From Deferribacterales bacterium (GTDB taxonomy: Bacteria; Chrysiogenota; Deferribacteres; Deferribacterales; Geovibrionaceae), in assembly GCA_050253335.1 (NCBI GenBank), contig JBFWJG010000041.1, forward strand, positions 1-22,427: 22,427 nucleotides of DNA, given 5' to 3'. Both the position numbers and the translations under genes were made by a program. Below are positions 8,356-20,229 of the stretch, piece by piece. How positions within the stretch are numbered: the stretch's first letter is position 1; the number at the start of each line of letters is the position of its first letter. The notes below the pieces were generated by a model that saw only the letters and a list, made by a program, of their open reading frames with translations, had not been told where the DNA came from and did no database searches.

Positions 8356-9108
8356 CTAACGCTCTTTTTCTGAAAGGAGGGTTCTGTATTTTTCTCTGAC
8401 TTCTTTTGCCTTACCGCAGGAGAAAGCCCCCTCGGGACATGCGCCTGAAACACAGCCGGGGCCGGAGTCCTTAAATATGGACGGAGCGATTTTTATGCAT
8501 TCGATAAGCATAAGCTCGGCCATTTTCCTTATTTCCCACTGCGCCCTATTGCAGCAGCGGATTCGGAAAAAGTGGATAAGCTCACGGGCGTTCATTGTGA
8601 CTATGATTTTTGTTTCACAGGCGTTCGGCAGAACATAGCGCGCGTCCTCAGCGGGAACACCTTTTGAGGCGAGGAGGTCATAAGCCTTTGCCACCTCTCC
8701 CATTATGCGTTCAAATTCCTGCTTTGCTTCGGAATCGGCCGCAACGGTTTCGGGAATAATATATTCAAACCCGCCGCCGTGTTTAACGTATCTCTGTGAT
8801 TTCTGGGAGTAGCTTGCTATGCGGTGTCTGACAAGCTGATGGGTGAGCGCTCTGGATACACCTTCAATGCCGAAAGTGAATGAGACATGCTCAAGAACGG
8901 AATGGTGACCGATGGAAACGATTTTCTCTATGAATTTTGTCTGCTCGGATGATGAGACTTTTTCAAAGAGATCGTCAATTCCCGCATCGGAATAGCAGAG
9001 TTTGGCGGCCATGGCCGCCGTGAGTTCACCTTCTGCGGTGCAGTTCAGCAGGCGGACGTTTATTTCCGCCGGCTGTAAATCAGCAGAACCGCTTTTCTGC
9101 CCGCACAT
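8356..9108 (-). CDS. thyX: Flavin-dependent thymidylate synthase
   Basis: GHHSVLEH, RHRIASYSQKSQR (RHRx7SxR motif), EDARYVLP, AQWEIR. Confidence 0.96.
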   Translation of the reverse strand: MCGQKSGSADLQPAEINVRLLNCTAEGELTAAMAAKLCYSDAGIDDLFEKVSSSEQTKFIEKIVSIGHHSVLEHVSFTFGIEGVSRALTHQLVRHRIASYSQKSQRYVKHGGGFEYIIPETVAADSEAKQEFERIMGEVAKAYDLLASKGVPAEDARYVLPNACETKIIVTMNARELIHFFRIRCCNRAQWEIRKMAELMLIECIKIAPSIFKDSGPGCVSGACPEGAFSCGKAKEVREKYRTLLSEKER

Positions 9109-9116
9109 ATGTGAAA

Positions 9117-9329
9117 TTAACCCTGTGCTTTACCGTATTTCTTCATGAATTTCTCAACACGGCCTGCCGTATCAAGGAATTTCTGTTTGCCTGTGAAGAA
9201 GGGGTGGCACTCAGCGCAGATAGCTACAACAGCTTTAGCGGGGTTAACGGTGGATTTTGTTTTAATCTCGTTGCCGCATGCGCATCTGAAAGACACTTCT
9301 TTGTAATCAGGGTGGATACCTTTTTTCAT
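9117..9329 (-). CDS. rpmE: 50S ribosomal protein L31, zinc-binding type
   Basis: [13 protein letters not shown]...[26 protein letters not shown] upstream. Confidence 0.97.
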   Translation of the reverse strand: MKKGIHPDYKEVSFRCACGNEIKTKSTVNPAKAVVAICAECHPFFTGKQKFLDTAGRVEKFMKKYGKAQG

Positions 9330-9344
9330 CTTAATGTACCTCTA

Positions 9345-9613
9345 TATTTTATAATGCAAAAACCAGCGTCCTGCGGTTTTTGCATACACGCTCGCGCCGA
9401 AACAAGTTCGGCTTCGCTGCGCACGGCGCGGTTTCTTCCTGAAACCGTACAAAAAAACCGCATGTTTTTAATTTATTTTATAATGCAAAAACCAGCGTCC
9501 TGCGGTTTTTGCATACACGCTCGCGCCGAAACAAGTTCGGCTTCGCTGCGCACGGTGCGGCTTCTTCCTGAAACCGTATCTTAAACGCATTATGCACAAA
9601 ACCAGCGCACGGC
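9345..9613 (-). repeat. Two tandem 105-bp GGA-loop elements (9345-9449, 9474-9578) plus a collapsed remnant (9592-9613)
   Basis: Period 129 bp, 2 substitutions between copies; linkers acacgctcgc and ttcgctgcgcacgg shared with the 5266 array. Confidence 0.95.
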
Positions 9614-9648
9614 CTGCATATATTTTCCTTTATCAGCGCAGTCTGTAT

Positions 9649-9677
9649 AAAATAAGACGCACCGAACTATAGGTCAA
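9649..9677 (-). promoter_or_regulatory. Possible second sigma70-type promoter for the rpmE operon
   Basis: TTGACC-N17-TATTTT on the minus strand. Confidence 0.35.
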
Positions 9678-9685
9678 GGGTAGAG

Positions 9686-9714
9686 GTTATATCACAACCG
9701 CAAACCCTTTTCAA
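9686..9714 (-). promoter_or_regulatory. Sigma70-type promoter for the rpmE operon
   Basis: TTGAAA-N17-TATAAC with an extended -10 TGn on the minus strand. Confidence 0.55.
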
Positions 9715-9720
9715 GATCAA

Positions 9721-9754
9721 ACCTGTAATCCCGAAACTTTCGGAAATTACAGGT
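9721..9754 (-). terminator. Hairpin downstream of rho, possible terminator
   Basis: acctgtaat..ccgaaa-c-tttcgg..attacaggt; U-tract weak. It lies 9 nt beyond the degenerate rho-end copy. Confidence 0.45.
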
Positions 9755-9793
9755 CTGCAGCCTTTACTTACCCATTGATCCTTTACATAGTCT

Positions 9794-9880
9794 AAAAAAC
9801 AGCGTCCTGCTGTTTTTTCTTATCGCATCACCCGAAGAAACTTCGGGCTTGCTCCGCTGTGCGAGCCGCATCGTGCGGCT
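9794..9880 (-). repeat. Divergent GGA-loop three-hairpin element immediately after rho
   Basis: aaaaaacagc-gtcct-gctgtttttt; cccgaag-aaa-cttcggg followed by cttgct; agccgca-tcg-tgcggct. Confidence 0.8.
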
Positions 9881-9888
9881 TACAGAGC

Positions 9889-11130
9889 TTATTTACCCAT
9901 AGACTCCAAGAAGCCGATATTGTTCTTAGTGCCCTTCATCTTATCAAGGAGGAATTCCATAGCGTCCACAGTGTTCATGCTGCTGAGGAATCTGCGGAGA
10001 ATCCAGACCTTGTTGAGTTCGTTTTCGCCAAGAAGAAGTTCTTCCCTTCTGGTTCCGGACTTGTTGATGTCGATGGCGGGGAAAGTTCTTTTCTCAACAA
10101 GACGTCTGTCAAGGTGAAGCTCCATGTTGCCCGTGCCTTTGAATTCCTCGAAGATAACCTCGTCCATTCTGGAGCCGGTGTCCACAAGAGCTGTGGCGAT
10201 GATGGTAAGACTGCCGCCCTCTTCGATATTCCTTGCGGCGCCGAAAAATCTTTTGGGCTTATGAAGCGCGTTTGAATCCACACCGCCTGAAAGAACCTTC
10301 CCGCTGGGCGGTTCGATGGAGTTGTAAGCTCTGGCGAGCCTTGTTATAGAGTCCAGAAGAATACATACGTCACGGCCGTGTTCAACAAGCCTTTTTGCTT
10401 TATTGAGAACCATTTCGGAAACCTGAACGTGTCTGTACGCCGGTTCGTCGAAAGTGGAGCTGACAACCTCCGCGTTAACGGAACGCTGCATGTCAGTAAC
10501 CTCTTCAGGACGCTCATCTATAAGAAGGATGATCATGTAGACTTCGGGATGGTTTTTGGTGATGCTGTTTGCCATGGATTTAAGAAGCATCGTTTTACCC
10601 GTTTTCGGGGGGGCAACGATGAGACCCCTCTGCCCTTTGCCCACGGGAGATATGAGGTTCATAATCCTTGTATCATAGTGGGTGGGAAAGGCCTCAAGCT
10701 CCAGCCTTTCCTCAGGGAAAAGAGGCGTGAGGTTTTCAAAGAGGTTCCTCTGCCTTGCGGGTTCCTCAAAATTGACCTGCTCGACCTTGAGCAGTGCGAA
10801 ATATTTCTCGTTGTCTTTCGGGGGTCTGATCTCTCCCGCTATTGTGTCGCCGTTGCGAAGACCGAATTTCCTTATCTGTGCGGGAGAAACGTATATATCG
10901 TCCGGGCCCGGCAGGTAGTTGTAATCCGTCGATCTGAGAAAGCCGAAGCCGTCGGGAAGGATTTCAAGTACGCCTTGACCGAAAATGTGTCCGTTCCTTG
11001 CGCTGGTGGCTTTGAGAATCTCGAAAATAAGCTCCTGTTTCAGCAGGTTAGCCGAGTTCTCTATCTCCACGGAGTTCGCAATGGCAACAAGATCCTCGAT
11101 CGATTTTTTCTTCAAATCGTTCAGGTTCAC
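9889..11130 (-). CDS. rho: Transcription termination factor Rho
   Basis: DGFGFLR, PDDIYVS, Walker [35 protein letters not shown] start with SD GAGGTG. Confidence 0.99.
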   Translation of the reverse strand: MNLNDLKKKSIEDLVAIANSVEIENSANLLKQELIFEILKATSARNGHIFGQGVLEILPDGFGFLRSTDYNYLPGPDDIYVSPAQIRKFGLRNGDTIAGEIRPPKDNEKYFALLKVEQVNFEEPARQRNLFENLTPLFPEERLELEAFPTHYDTRIMNLISPVGKGQRGLIVAPPKTGKTMLLKSMANSITKNHPEVYMIILLIDERPEEVTDMQRSVNAEVVSSTFDEPAYRHVQVSEMVLNKAKRLVEHGRDVCILLDSITRLARAYNSIEPPSGKVLSGGVDSNALHKPKRFFGAARNIEEGGSLTIIATALVDTGSRMDEVIFEEFKGTGNMELHLDRRLVEKRTFPAIDINKSGTRREELLLGENELNKVWILRRFLSSMNTVDAMEFLLDKMKGTKNNIGFLESMGK

Positions 11131-11264
11131 TTATTCACCTCATAATTTTATACATAATACTCAGGTTGAAATAATTTGATTTTTAAATTAATAACCCGGA
11201 TTCAGTGTGATTTTTCCGCTAAGTTAAATAGGGTGAGACATGCCATGAAGGCTGTGTACACCAA

Positions 11265-11293
11265 ACTTTATAGACTGCTTTATCCCGTGTCAA
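11265..11293 (-). promoter_or_regulatory. Sigma70-type promoter for rho
   Basis: TTGACA-N17-TAAAGT on the minus strand, about 135 nt upstream of the rho start. Confidence 0.55.
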
Positions 11294-11339
11294 GAGTTTT
11301 TTAGGGCAAAAAGAGCCTGCGCGGACGGTTTGTTATGCA

Positions 11340-12146
11340 CTAAAGCTCCATATCTCTGCCGAAAACGGAGTGGATTATCTCCCTTGCCGTTTCCTCTATT
11401 GATTTATTTGTGGTATCAACAATATGCCATCTTCTGTTCTTGCGGATCAGTTCATAGACGAACTCGACCTCCTCGAAGATCTTGCGCATATCATTATACT
11501 TGCTTTGTGTCTTGTAGTGTTTAAGCCTTGCCGTGCGCACTTTCTGGAGCACTTCCGGATCCATGATCAGGCAGACGACCTTGTTCGGCTCAACCTTGAA
11601 GACCTCGGACGGAATAGGAACCTCCGGCACAAGAGGAATATTAACCACCTTAAACCCCTGCTGAGCAAGGAAGAAGGATGTAGGCGTCTTTGATGTTCTG
11701 GAAAGCCCCAATATGATAATATCCGCCTCGTCCAGACCTGTTACTATCTTTCCGTCATCATGACTGAGCGTGAACTCAACGGCATCTATACGTTTGAAGT
11801 ATTTCTCGTCCACCTTGCGCAGAACACCCGGGCTCTCCGTGGCTTTTCTGCCGAGAAAAACCTCAAGCTTGTCAATGGGGGGGCCCAGAATATCGTAATG
11901 GAGTATTCCGTTCTCATGACAGAACTTATGGATTGTCTCCCTGAATTCTCTGATAACGGTGGTGAAAGCCACAAAGCCGTTATCCACCTTTGCGTGTTCA
12001 AGGATAGCCTTCAGCTTTTCCAGCTTGTCCACCATGGAATATATGGTGAACTTGACCTGCGGGTCTTCAAACTGGAGGAGTGCCGCCTTCATTATATTAA
12101 GGGCGCTCTGCCCCGTTCCGTCTGAAAGTATATAGATTCTTTTCAA
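11340..12146 (-). CDS. Pyruvate,water/phosphate dikinase regulatory kinase-pyrophosphorylase (PpsR/DUF299 family)
   Basis: ILSDGTGQSA, YFKRIDAVEFTLSHDDG, GLSRTSKTPTS, SIEETA; TTG start. Confidence 0.93.
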   Translation of the reverse strand: MKRIYILSDGTGQSALNIMKAALLQFEDPQVKFTIYSMVDKLEKLKAILEHAKVDNGFVAFTTVIREFRETIHKFCHENGILHYDILGPPIDKLEVFLGRKATESPGVLRKVDEKYFKRIDAVEFTLSHDDGKIVTGLDEADIIILGLSRTSKTPTSFFLAQQGFKVVNIPLVPEVPIPSEVFKVEPNKVVCLIMDPEVLQKVRTARLKHYKTQSKYNDMRKIFEEVEFVYELIRKNRRWHIVDTTNKSIEETAREIIHSVFGRDMEL

Positions 12147-12148
12147 TG

Positions 12149-15297
<3,149 letters not shown>

Positions 15298-15352
15298 TGT
15301 TTTTATTTTTTCCTTTTTTGAGTTACTAAATACTTAAATTTAAAAAATTCGG

Positions 15353-15468
15353 TTTTTTGGGAAGAGTTTGAGAAACCCTTTTTTCCCGTTAAAAAAGGGT
15401 TTCTCATTTTTAAGTAACGGGGAAACTTTTTAAAAAAAGCTTTCCCCAAACCCCTTCAAAAATTTTAA
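15353..15468. repeat. Inverted pair of GGGAAACTTTT-type palindromic repeats
   Basis: Perfect 16-bp stem tgagaaaccctttttt/aaaaaagggtttctca (15369-15406), then ggggaaactttttaaaaaaagctttccccaaaccccttcaaaaatt (15419 onward). Confidence 0.75.
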
Positions 15469-15498
15469 CTGCTTCGCATGGCTGATTTACCGATTAAA

Positions 15499-15516
15499 AT
15501 TTCCGTCCATGGAAAT
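15499..15516 (-). repeat. Solo GGA-loop hairpin abutting the methyltransferase stop codon
   Basis: Minus strand atttcc-ATGGAC-ggaaat. Confidence 0.55.
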
Positions 15517-16142
15517 CAGAAATTCACCAACAAAACGCCCGAACCAACGGGCAGCAGCGTTGATGACGCAGGCATATCATGTTTTATTTCCTCGATGAAG
15601 CTGAGGAGCTCGTCACGGCCTTGGCGGTATTTTTTCGGTACTTCCGCTGTTTCCATGGCGAGCATACCGAAGAGGAGAACATCATCGAAAATGACGAGTC
15701 CTCCCTTATTTACCCTTGGTTTTATTGTCTGCCACATGAGCGGGTAGTTCCTTTTGACAGAGTCGATGAACACCATATCGTAAGTATCGTTTGTGCGGTT
15801 AAGATATGTGAACGCGGATTCGCTTATGAATTCCACATTTTCCAGTTCGATGCAGAGTGTTTTCGCCACTGCCACGCGGTTCGGATTGTGGTCGATTCCG
15901 GTAATTTTCGCCTTCGGAGAGCCCTGTTTGATATAGGTTGTTGATGTGCCTATGCCGCTGCCTATTTCGAGGACTGAGGCGGGCTTGAGCACGGATGCCA
16001 GCAGGCGGAGGAGTTCCCCTGTTTCCGGCTCCACGGAGGGGACATCATGTTTTTTGGCGTAGTCGTGCATGTCTTCATTTTTCGCTCTGACTGTGGAGCG
16101 GATGTATTCGAGAATACCGGGAATTAGTATATCGTTTTTCAT
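15516..16142 (-). CDS. SAM-dependent O-methyltransferase (TrmR/YrrM-like)
   Basis: VLEIGSGIGTS, YDMVFIDS.K, GGLVIFDDVL; adjacent to the U32 gene. Confidence 0.85.
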   Translation of the reverse strand: MKNDILIPGILEYIRSTVRAKNEDMHDYAKKHDVPSVEPETGELLRLLASVLKPASVLEIGSGIGTSTTYIKQGSPKAKITGIDHNPNRVAVAKTLCIELENVEFISESAFTYLNRTNDTYDMVFIDSVKRNYPLMWQTIKPRVNKGGLVIFDDVLLFGMLAMETAEVPKKYRQGRDELLSFIEEIKHDMPASSTLLPVGSGVLLVNF

Positions 16143-16625
16143 TTACTGACCGAGATTTATTTTTTCAGGAGTGAGTTTTTCAGTTATCTGTGAAGCTTTT
16201 TCAGCGTCTATTTTGCCCAGTGCCGCCATTATTTTGCCTGCGTTCATGGGTGGAATTCTGCGGATGAGCTGAACAGCCTTGTCGGTGTCCATTTTAACGA
16301 AGATTTCCGCCGCTGATTTCGGCTTTGTGGAGGAGTATATTCTGGCGAGGGCATCGAGGTTTTTATCCTCGCTGGACTGAACTTCGTTCAGCCTTTTGGT
16401 TATGGTGTCCTTGATTGAGTTAAGCTCGTTCTCTTTCGCGATGAGCTCTTCCTCAAGGGCTTTCAGGCGTTTTTCTTTATCAGCCAGGACGGATTCCCTT
16501 TTGTTCAGTTCCTGCTCCTTAGCCTCAAGCCTCGCAGCGAGGCTCTGAATATCCACAATGCTCTGTGCCTGCGCGGTAAAAACTGCGGTTAATACCAAAA
16601 GCGCCGTGAGTAAGGGTTTATTCAT
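16143..16625 (-). CDS. Flagellar MotE/YlxF-like protein (signal peptide, coiled coil, MgtE_N-like domain)
   Basis: N-terminal signal, long coiled coil, LARIYSSTKPKSAAEIF..MD motif; follows fliJ. Confidence 0.75.
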   Translation of the reverse strand: MNKPLLTALLVLTAVFTAQAQSIVDIQSLAARLEAKEQELNKRESVLADKEKRLKALEEELIAKENELNSIKDTITKRLNEVQSSEDKNLDALARIYSSTKPKSAAEIFVKMDTDKAVQLIRRIPPMNAGKIMAALGKIDAEKASQITEKLTPEKINLGQ

Positions 16626-17055
16626 TTCTGCCGCTCCTTGAAACTATGAGTTCATCTATCATTTTCATCTCTTCCTTGTCCAGATAAGCAGTGTAGTCTT
16701 TAACATGCTTTTCCTTGAGCTTCATCATAATTTTGTGGTTGTTCATGGCCTGTACGGTTTTCTTCTTTTGCCGTTCCACCGCTATGCGGGCATCATGCAC
16801 CATGCGCTCCATGGTTTTTCTGTGCCCTTCAAGCTTGAGTATGTAGGCATCGTACATACGCACAAACTGCATCTGCCCGCTTATTTTGGCTTCTTCCTTC
16901 TCGGCGTGTTTCTGCTTTTCGGTCTCAAGCATTTCATTGAGCTGAACGGTAAGGGTGCGGAGCTTTGTCTCAGACTCCGCCAGTTTGTTCTTTTCCAGCT
17001 CAAAGATGCGTTCACGGTGTTCCAGAACCTTTTCCAGTCTGAATTTGGCGTTCAT
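16618..17055 (-). CDS. fliJ: Flagellar export protein FliJ
   Basis: 145 aa coiled coil, KFRLEKVLEHR N-terminus and EMKMIDE C-terminus, directly after fliI. Confidence 0.88.
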   Translation of the reverse strand: MNAKFRLEKVLEHRERIFELEKNKLAESETKLRTLTVQLNEMLETEKQKHAEKEEAKISGQMQFVRMYDAYILKLEGHRKTMERMVHDARIAVERQKKKTVQAMNNHKIMMKLKEKHVKDYTAYLDKEEMKMIDELIVSRSGRNE

Positions 17056-17056
17056 A

Positions 17057-18364
17057 TCATCCCGCCGTTATTTCATTAAGCTTTGAGCGCGCCTCTTCAA
17101 GGGTGAAGCTTTCGTCAATCCCCTGACGGAGGAATTCGTTTATGCGGTTTATCTTCGCTATGGCTTCGTCAATTCTGGGGTTGCTCCCCCTGACATAAGC
17201 TCCGATGTTGATCAGATCCTCCGCTTCGCGGTATGCGCTGAGGAGGTCGCGGAAGCGTCCCGCCGAGGCGAAGTCTTCCTTCGCCGTTATCTCCTTCATG
17301 AGCCTGCTTGCGCTCATGAGGATGTCAATGGCGGGATAATGGTTGCGTGCGGCCAGCAGCCTGTCCAGCACTATGTGGCCGTCTATGATTGAGCGCACGG
17401 AGTCGGCGATGGGATCGTTCATGTCGTCCCCTTCCACAAGGACAGTGTAAAGTCCTGTGACTGCTCCTTCGCCTCTCTTTGTGCCTGCCCTTTCCAGAAG
17501 CTTGGGCAAAAGAGCGAAGACTGAGGGCGTGTAGCCTTTTGAGGTGGGGGGCTCGCCCACTGTGAGGCCTATTTCCCTCTGCGCCATTGCAAAGCGTGTC
17601 ACTGAATCCATCATGAACATGACGTTCTTGCCTTTCGCCCTGAAATACTCCGCAACGGCAGTGGCGACAAATGCCCCCAGCTTACGCACAAGGGCTGACT
17701 GGTCGCTGGTGGCGACTATCACAACGCTTCTTTTCAGTCCTTCAGGTCCGAGGTCGCGCTCCACAAACTCGCGCACTTCTCTGCCTCGTTCGCCGATGAG
17801 CGCTATCACGTTCACGTCCGCCTCGGTGTTTCTGGCTATCATGCCGAGAAGAACCGACTTACCAACGCCGGAACCGGCGAATATGCCAACCCTCTGGCCT
17901 GAGCCGCAGGTCATGAGGGCGTCTATCGCCTTAACTCCGGTGGAGATTGATTCGCGTATGATTTCCCTCTCAAGCGGCAGAGGCGGGGAGGAGTAAACCT
18001 TGGCAAGGTCATAGTCCTGTATGGGGCCTTTGCCGTCTATGGGTTCGCCGAGGCCGTTGAGAATGCGCCCCAGCATATTTTCAGAGACCCTGACGGTGTT
18101 CCCAAGAGCGGTGTTGTGCACTCTGCTCCCGGGGGCTATTCCTTCGCTGTCACCGTAGGGCATGAGAATTATTCTGTTGTCGTTGAAGCCGATTATCTCC
18201 GCCAGAACTGTTCTGCCGTCACTGCCTTCTATGGCGCATCTGGTTCCGATTCCGAGCAGAGGGCCGTCCGCCTCGATGGTGAGGCCGATTATCTTCGTCA
18301 CCCTGCCGGAGATTACTATCTCTTCCTTAGCGTTTATTTGTCTCAGTCGATTCAAGTTCTTCAT
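17057..18364 (-). CDS. fliI: Flagellar export ATPase FliI
   Basis: GIFAGSGVGKS, LIGERGREVREF, MDSVTRFAMAQRE, GEPPTSKGYTPS. Confidence 0.97.
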   Translation of the reverse strand: MKNLNRLRQINAKEEIVISGRVTKIIGLTIEADGPLLGIGTRCAIEGSDGRTVLAEIIGFNDNRIILMPYGDSEGIAPGSRVHNTALGNTVRVSENMLGRILNGLGEPIDGKGPIQDYDLAKVYSSPPLPLEREIIRESISTGVKAIDALMTCGSGQRVGIFAGSGVGKSVLLGMIARNTEADVNVIALIGERGREVREFVERDLGPEGLKRSVVIVATSDQSALVRKLGAFVATAVAEYFRAKGKNVMFMMDSVTRFAMAQREIGLTVGEPPTSKGYTPSVFALLPKLLERAGTKRGEGAVTGLYTVLVEGDDMNDPIADSVRSIIDGHIVLDRLLAARNHYPAIDILMSASRLMKEITAKEDFASAGRFRDLLSAYREAEDLINIGAYVRGSNPRIDEAIAKINRINEFLRQGIDESFTLEEARSKLNEITAG

Positions 18365-19205
18365 AGATCAGCTTCTTAAAGTTTTCCAGCATGGTTTCTA
18401 TGGTATAATCCATTTCGCCTATACTGGTGTCTATTTTAAGCCCGCCCTGAGTTACGGCAGGGTCGGCCACGGAATCATAATCGGGAAAGGCCTGTCTCAC
18501 CGTTTCCAGATCATCGGGATTTACCCTGAAAACCACACGGCTTAGCTCGTGGAGGCTTGTCAGGCTCTTTTTAATGACAGAAACGATCAGCCGCCCGTTC
18601 ACTTTTCTTTCCGCGCCTATGAGGGTTTCAAGGAAATGGGTGAGCATTTCGGGCAGTGCGCTGTCCAGTTCCTTCACTGCGGAAGAAAAGACTCCGGTGC
18701 GGGATATTACCTCTTTATAAGCGCCCTGAAGCATTTCTATATAGTCGTTCTTTTCTTTATTATAATGTTTTCTGGAATTTTCCGCCGCTTCAAGCATACC
18801 TTTCTTATAGCCGTCGCTGTACGCTCTTTCGTATTCGGCTTTCAGGAGCTCCTGAAGCTTCTTCTCGTCCATTGCAGGAGGCTCTTCTTTTATTTCAGCT
18901 TCCTTGAAAACAGCTTCGGAAAACTCCTTGGGTTCCTTTTTTTCCGGTTCGGGAATATTTTCAGGCTCATGCTTCTGGTGCTTATCCAGATAAACTGACG
19001 AATCGCCGACTATGCGCGCCTTGCCGAGGTTGACTGCTGTGTCGAAACTGGCGAAAAGAAAGGGGATCTCGCCGCTGACGGCATTGGTATCCTTGAGTTT
19101 TTCAAGGGAAAAGACCTTCTCTCCGCGCTCCACATCCCCGAAGCTGGTGATATCCATTTCCCTGAGTTCTTTCTGTCTGTTTTTGCCGACGATTTTTCTG
19201 GACAT
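18327..19205 (-). CDS. fliH: Flagellar assembly protein FliH
   Basis: AYSDGYKKG (AxxxGxxxG) repeats, RVNPDD, DPAVTQGGLKIDT; lies between fliG and fliI. Confidence 0.85.
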   Translation of the reverse strand: MSRKIVGKNRQKELREMDITSFGDVERGEKVFSLEKLKDTNAVSGEIPFLFASFDTAVNLGKARIVGDSSVYLDKHQKHEPENIPEPEKKEPKEFSEAVFKEAEIKEEPPAMDEKKLQELLKAEYERAYSDGYKKGMLEAAENSRKHYNKEKNDYIEMLQGAYKEVISRTGVFSSAVKELDSALPEMLTHFLETLIGAERKVNGRLIVSVIKKSLTSLHELSRVVFRVNPDDLETVRQAFPDYDSVADPAVTQGGLKIDTSIGEMDYTIETMLENFKKLIYEELESTETNKR

Positions 19206-19226
19206 AATTCAATCCGGTGGGATTTG

Positions 19227-20228
19227 TTAAACGTACTGCTCTTCCTCTCCGCCGCCGAGGTTGATAACCCCTTCTTCGTCGAGTTCGCGTACAATGGCGA
19301 CAATCTCGTGCTGAGCCTTTTCCACTTCCTTGAGCTTGACAGGGCCCATGTAGTCCATCTCTTCGCGCATTGTTTCCACTGCGCGTTTGGACATGTTTCT
19401 GAAGAAGCGTTCCTTAGTATCGTCATCAGCACCCTTGAGGGCAAGGGTAAGAGCCTTTTTATCCGCTTTCTTGAGGATTTCCTGAATGGCTACGTCATTA
19501 AGCTCTCTGATATCCTCGAATACAAACATCATATCGCGTATGGCCGCAACAAGCTCCGGCGCTTCCTTCTCCAGTTTTTCCAGCGTTGCCTTGCTGGTCA
19601 CTCTGTCCATACGGTTGAATATCTCGGCCACAGACTTAACGCCGCCGACCTCAACATTGTATGAGGAGAGGGATTCGAACCTTTCCTCCAGCACTCTGGA
19701 AAGTGTTTTTACAACCGTGGGTGAAATATCCTGAAGATTCGCTATCCTCAGTGTTATCTCCGCCTTCAGCTCCTCAGGAAGCTGCGCCAGAGACTCCGCC
19801 GCGTGGCTGGGGTCAAGGTGAGCGAGGATAAGAGCTATTGTCTGGGGGTGCTCTGTCTGTATGAATTTAGCAAGCTGCTTGGGGTCAATCTTAGTGAGAA
19901 ACTCAAATCCGCTGGACTGTTCCATCATTTTGGTGAGACGGTCGATGATCTTCCTTGCGCGTTCAGGGCCGAGAGACTTGACAAGAACGCTTTTAGCGTA
20001 TTCAAGACCGCCCTTGGCGATGAACTTTTTGGCAAGCATCATGTTGTAGAATTCTTCTATTGTTTCGTCCATCTCCTCAGGGGGGATGATCTTGGTCATG
20101 GCTATCTCTTTTGAGATCTCCTGAACCTCGTCATCATCAAGATGAGCAAAAATAGCAGAGGAAATTTCCTCACCGAGGGCGATGAGCACCGCCGCGGCTT
20201 TTCTGATGCCTGTACTGGAAATACTCAT
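19227..20228 (-). CDS. fliG: Flagellar motor switch protein FliG
   Basis: KAAAVLIALG, GGLEYA, EHPQTIALIL, MFVFED, NMSKRA, GPVKLKEVE. Confidence 0.98.
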   Translation of the reverse strand: MSISSTGIRKAAAVLIALGEEISSAIFAHLDDDEVQEISKEIAMTKIIPPEEMDETIEEFYNMMLAKKFIAKGGLEYAKSVLVKSLGPERARKIIDRLTKMMEQSSGFEFLTKIDPKQLAKFIQTEHPQTIALILAHLDPSHAAESLAQLPEELKAEITLRIANLQDISPTVVKTLSRVLEERFESLSSYNVEVGGVKSVAEIFNRMDRVTSKATLEKLEKEAPELVAAIRDMMFVFEDIRELNDVAIQEILKKADKKALTLALKGADDDTKERFFRNMSKRAVETMREEMDYMGPVKLKEVEKAQHEIVAIVRELDEEGVINLGGGEEEQYV

Positions 20229-20229
20229 A

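Noticed and set aside
5266..9578. Tandem copies as pure assembly artefacts
   Set aside because: Copies differ by substitutions and indels within each array, and the pattern recurs at several loci. Units 2 and 3 of the prfA array are identical, so exact copy number still needs long reads.
9111..9584. 157-aa + strand ORF with a duplicated peptide
   Set aside because: Antisense to rpmE plus read-through of two repeat units (period 129 is a multiple of 3); no evidence of coding.
9327..9584. Target duplication around the rpmE elements (atcttaa at 9328 and 9578)
   Set aside because: Only 7 nt and AT-rich; chance level.
5266..9880. tRNA, riboswitch or ribosomal-protein leader identity for the multi-hairpin elements
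   Set aside because: No cloverleaf, TPsiC or CCA features and no aptamer motif I recognise; occurrence at unrelated genes and in tandem fits a dispersed repeat better.
10378..11145. Long antisense ORFs (also 3052-3753, 13337-13948, 20182-20721 and others)
   Set aside because: Shadow frames of well-supported minus-strand genes.
11131..11339. Structured leader or repeat upstream of rho
   Set aside because: AT-rich, with no convincing hairpin or family match; only a promoter-like motif is supportable.
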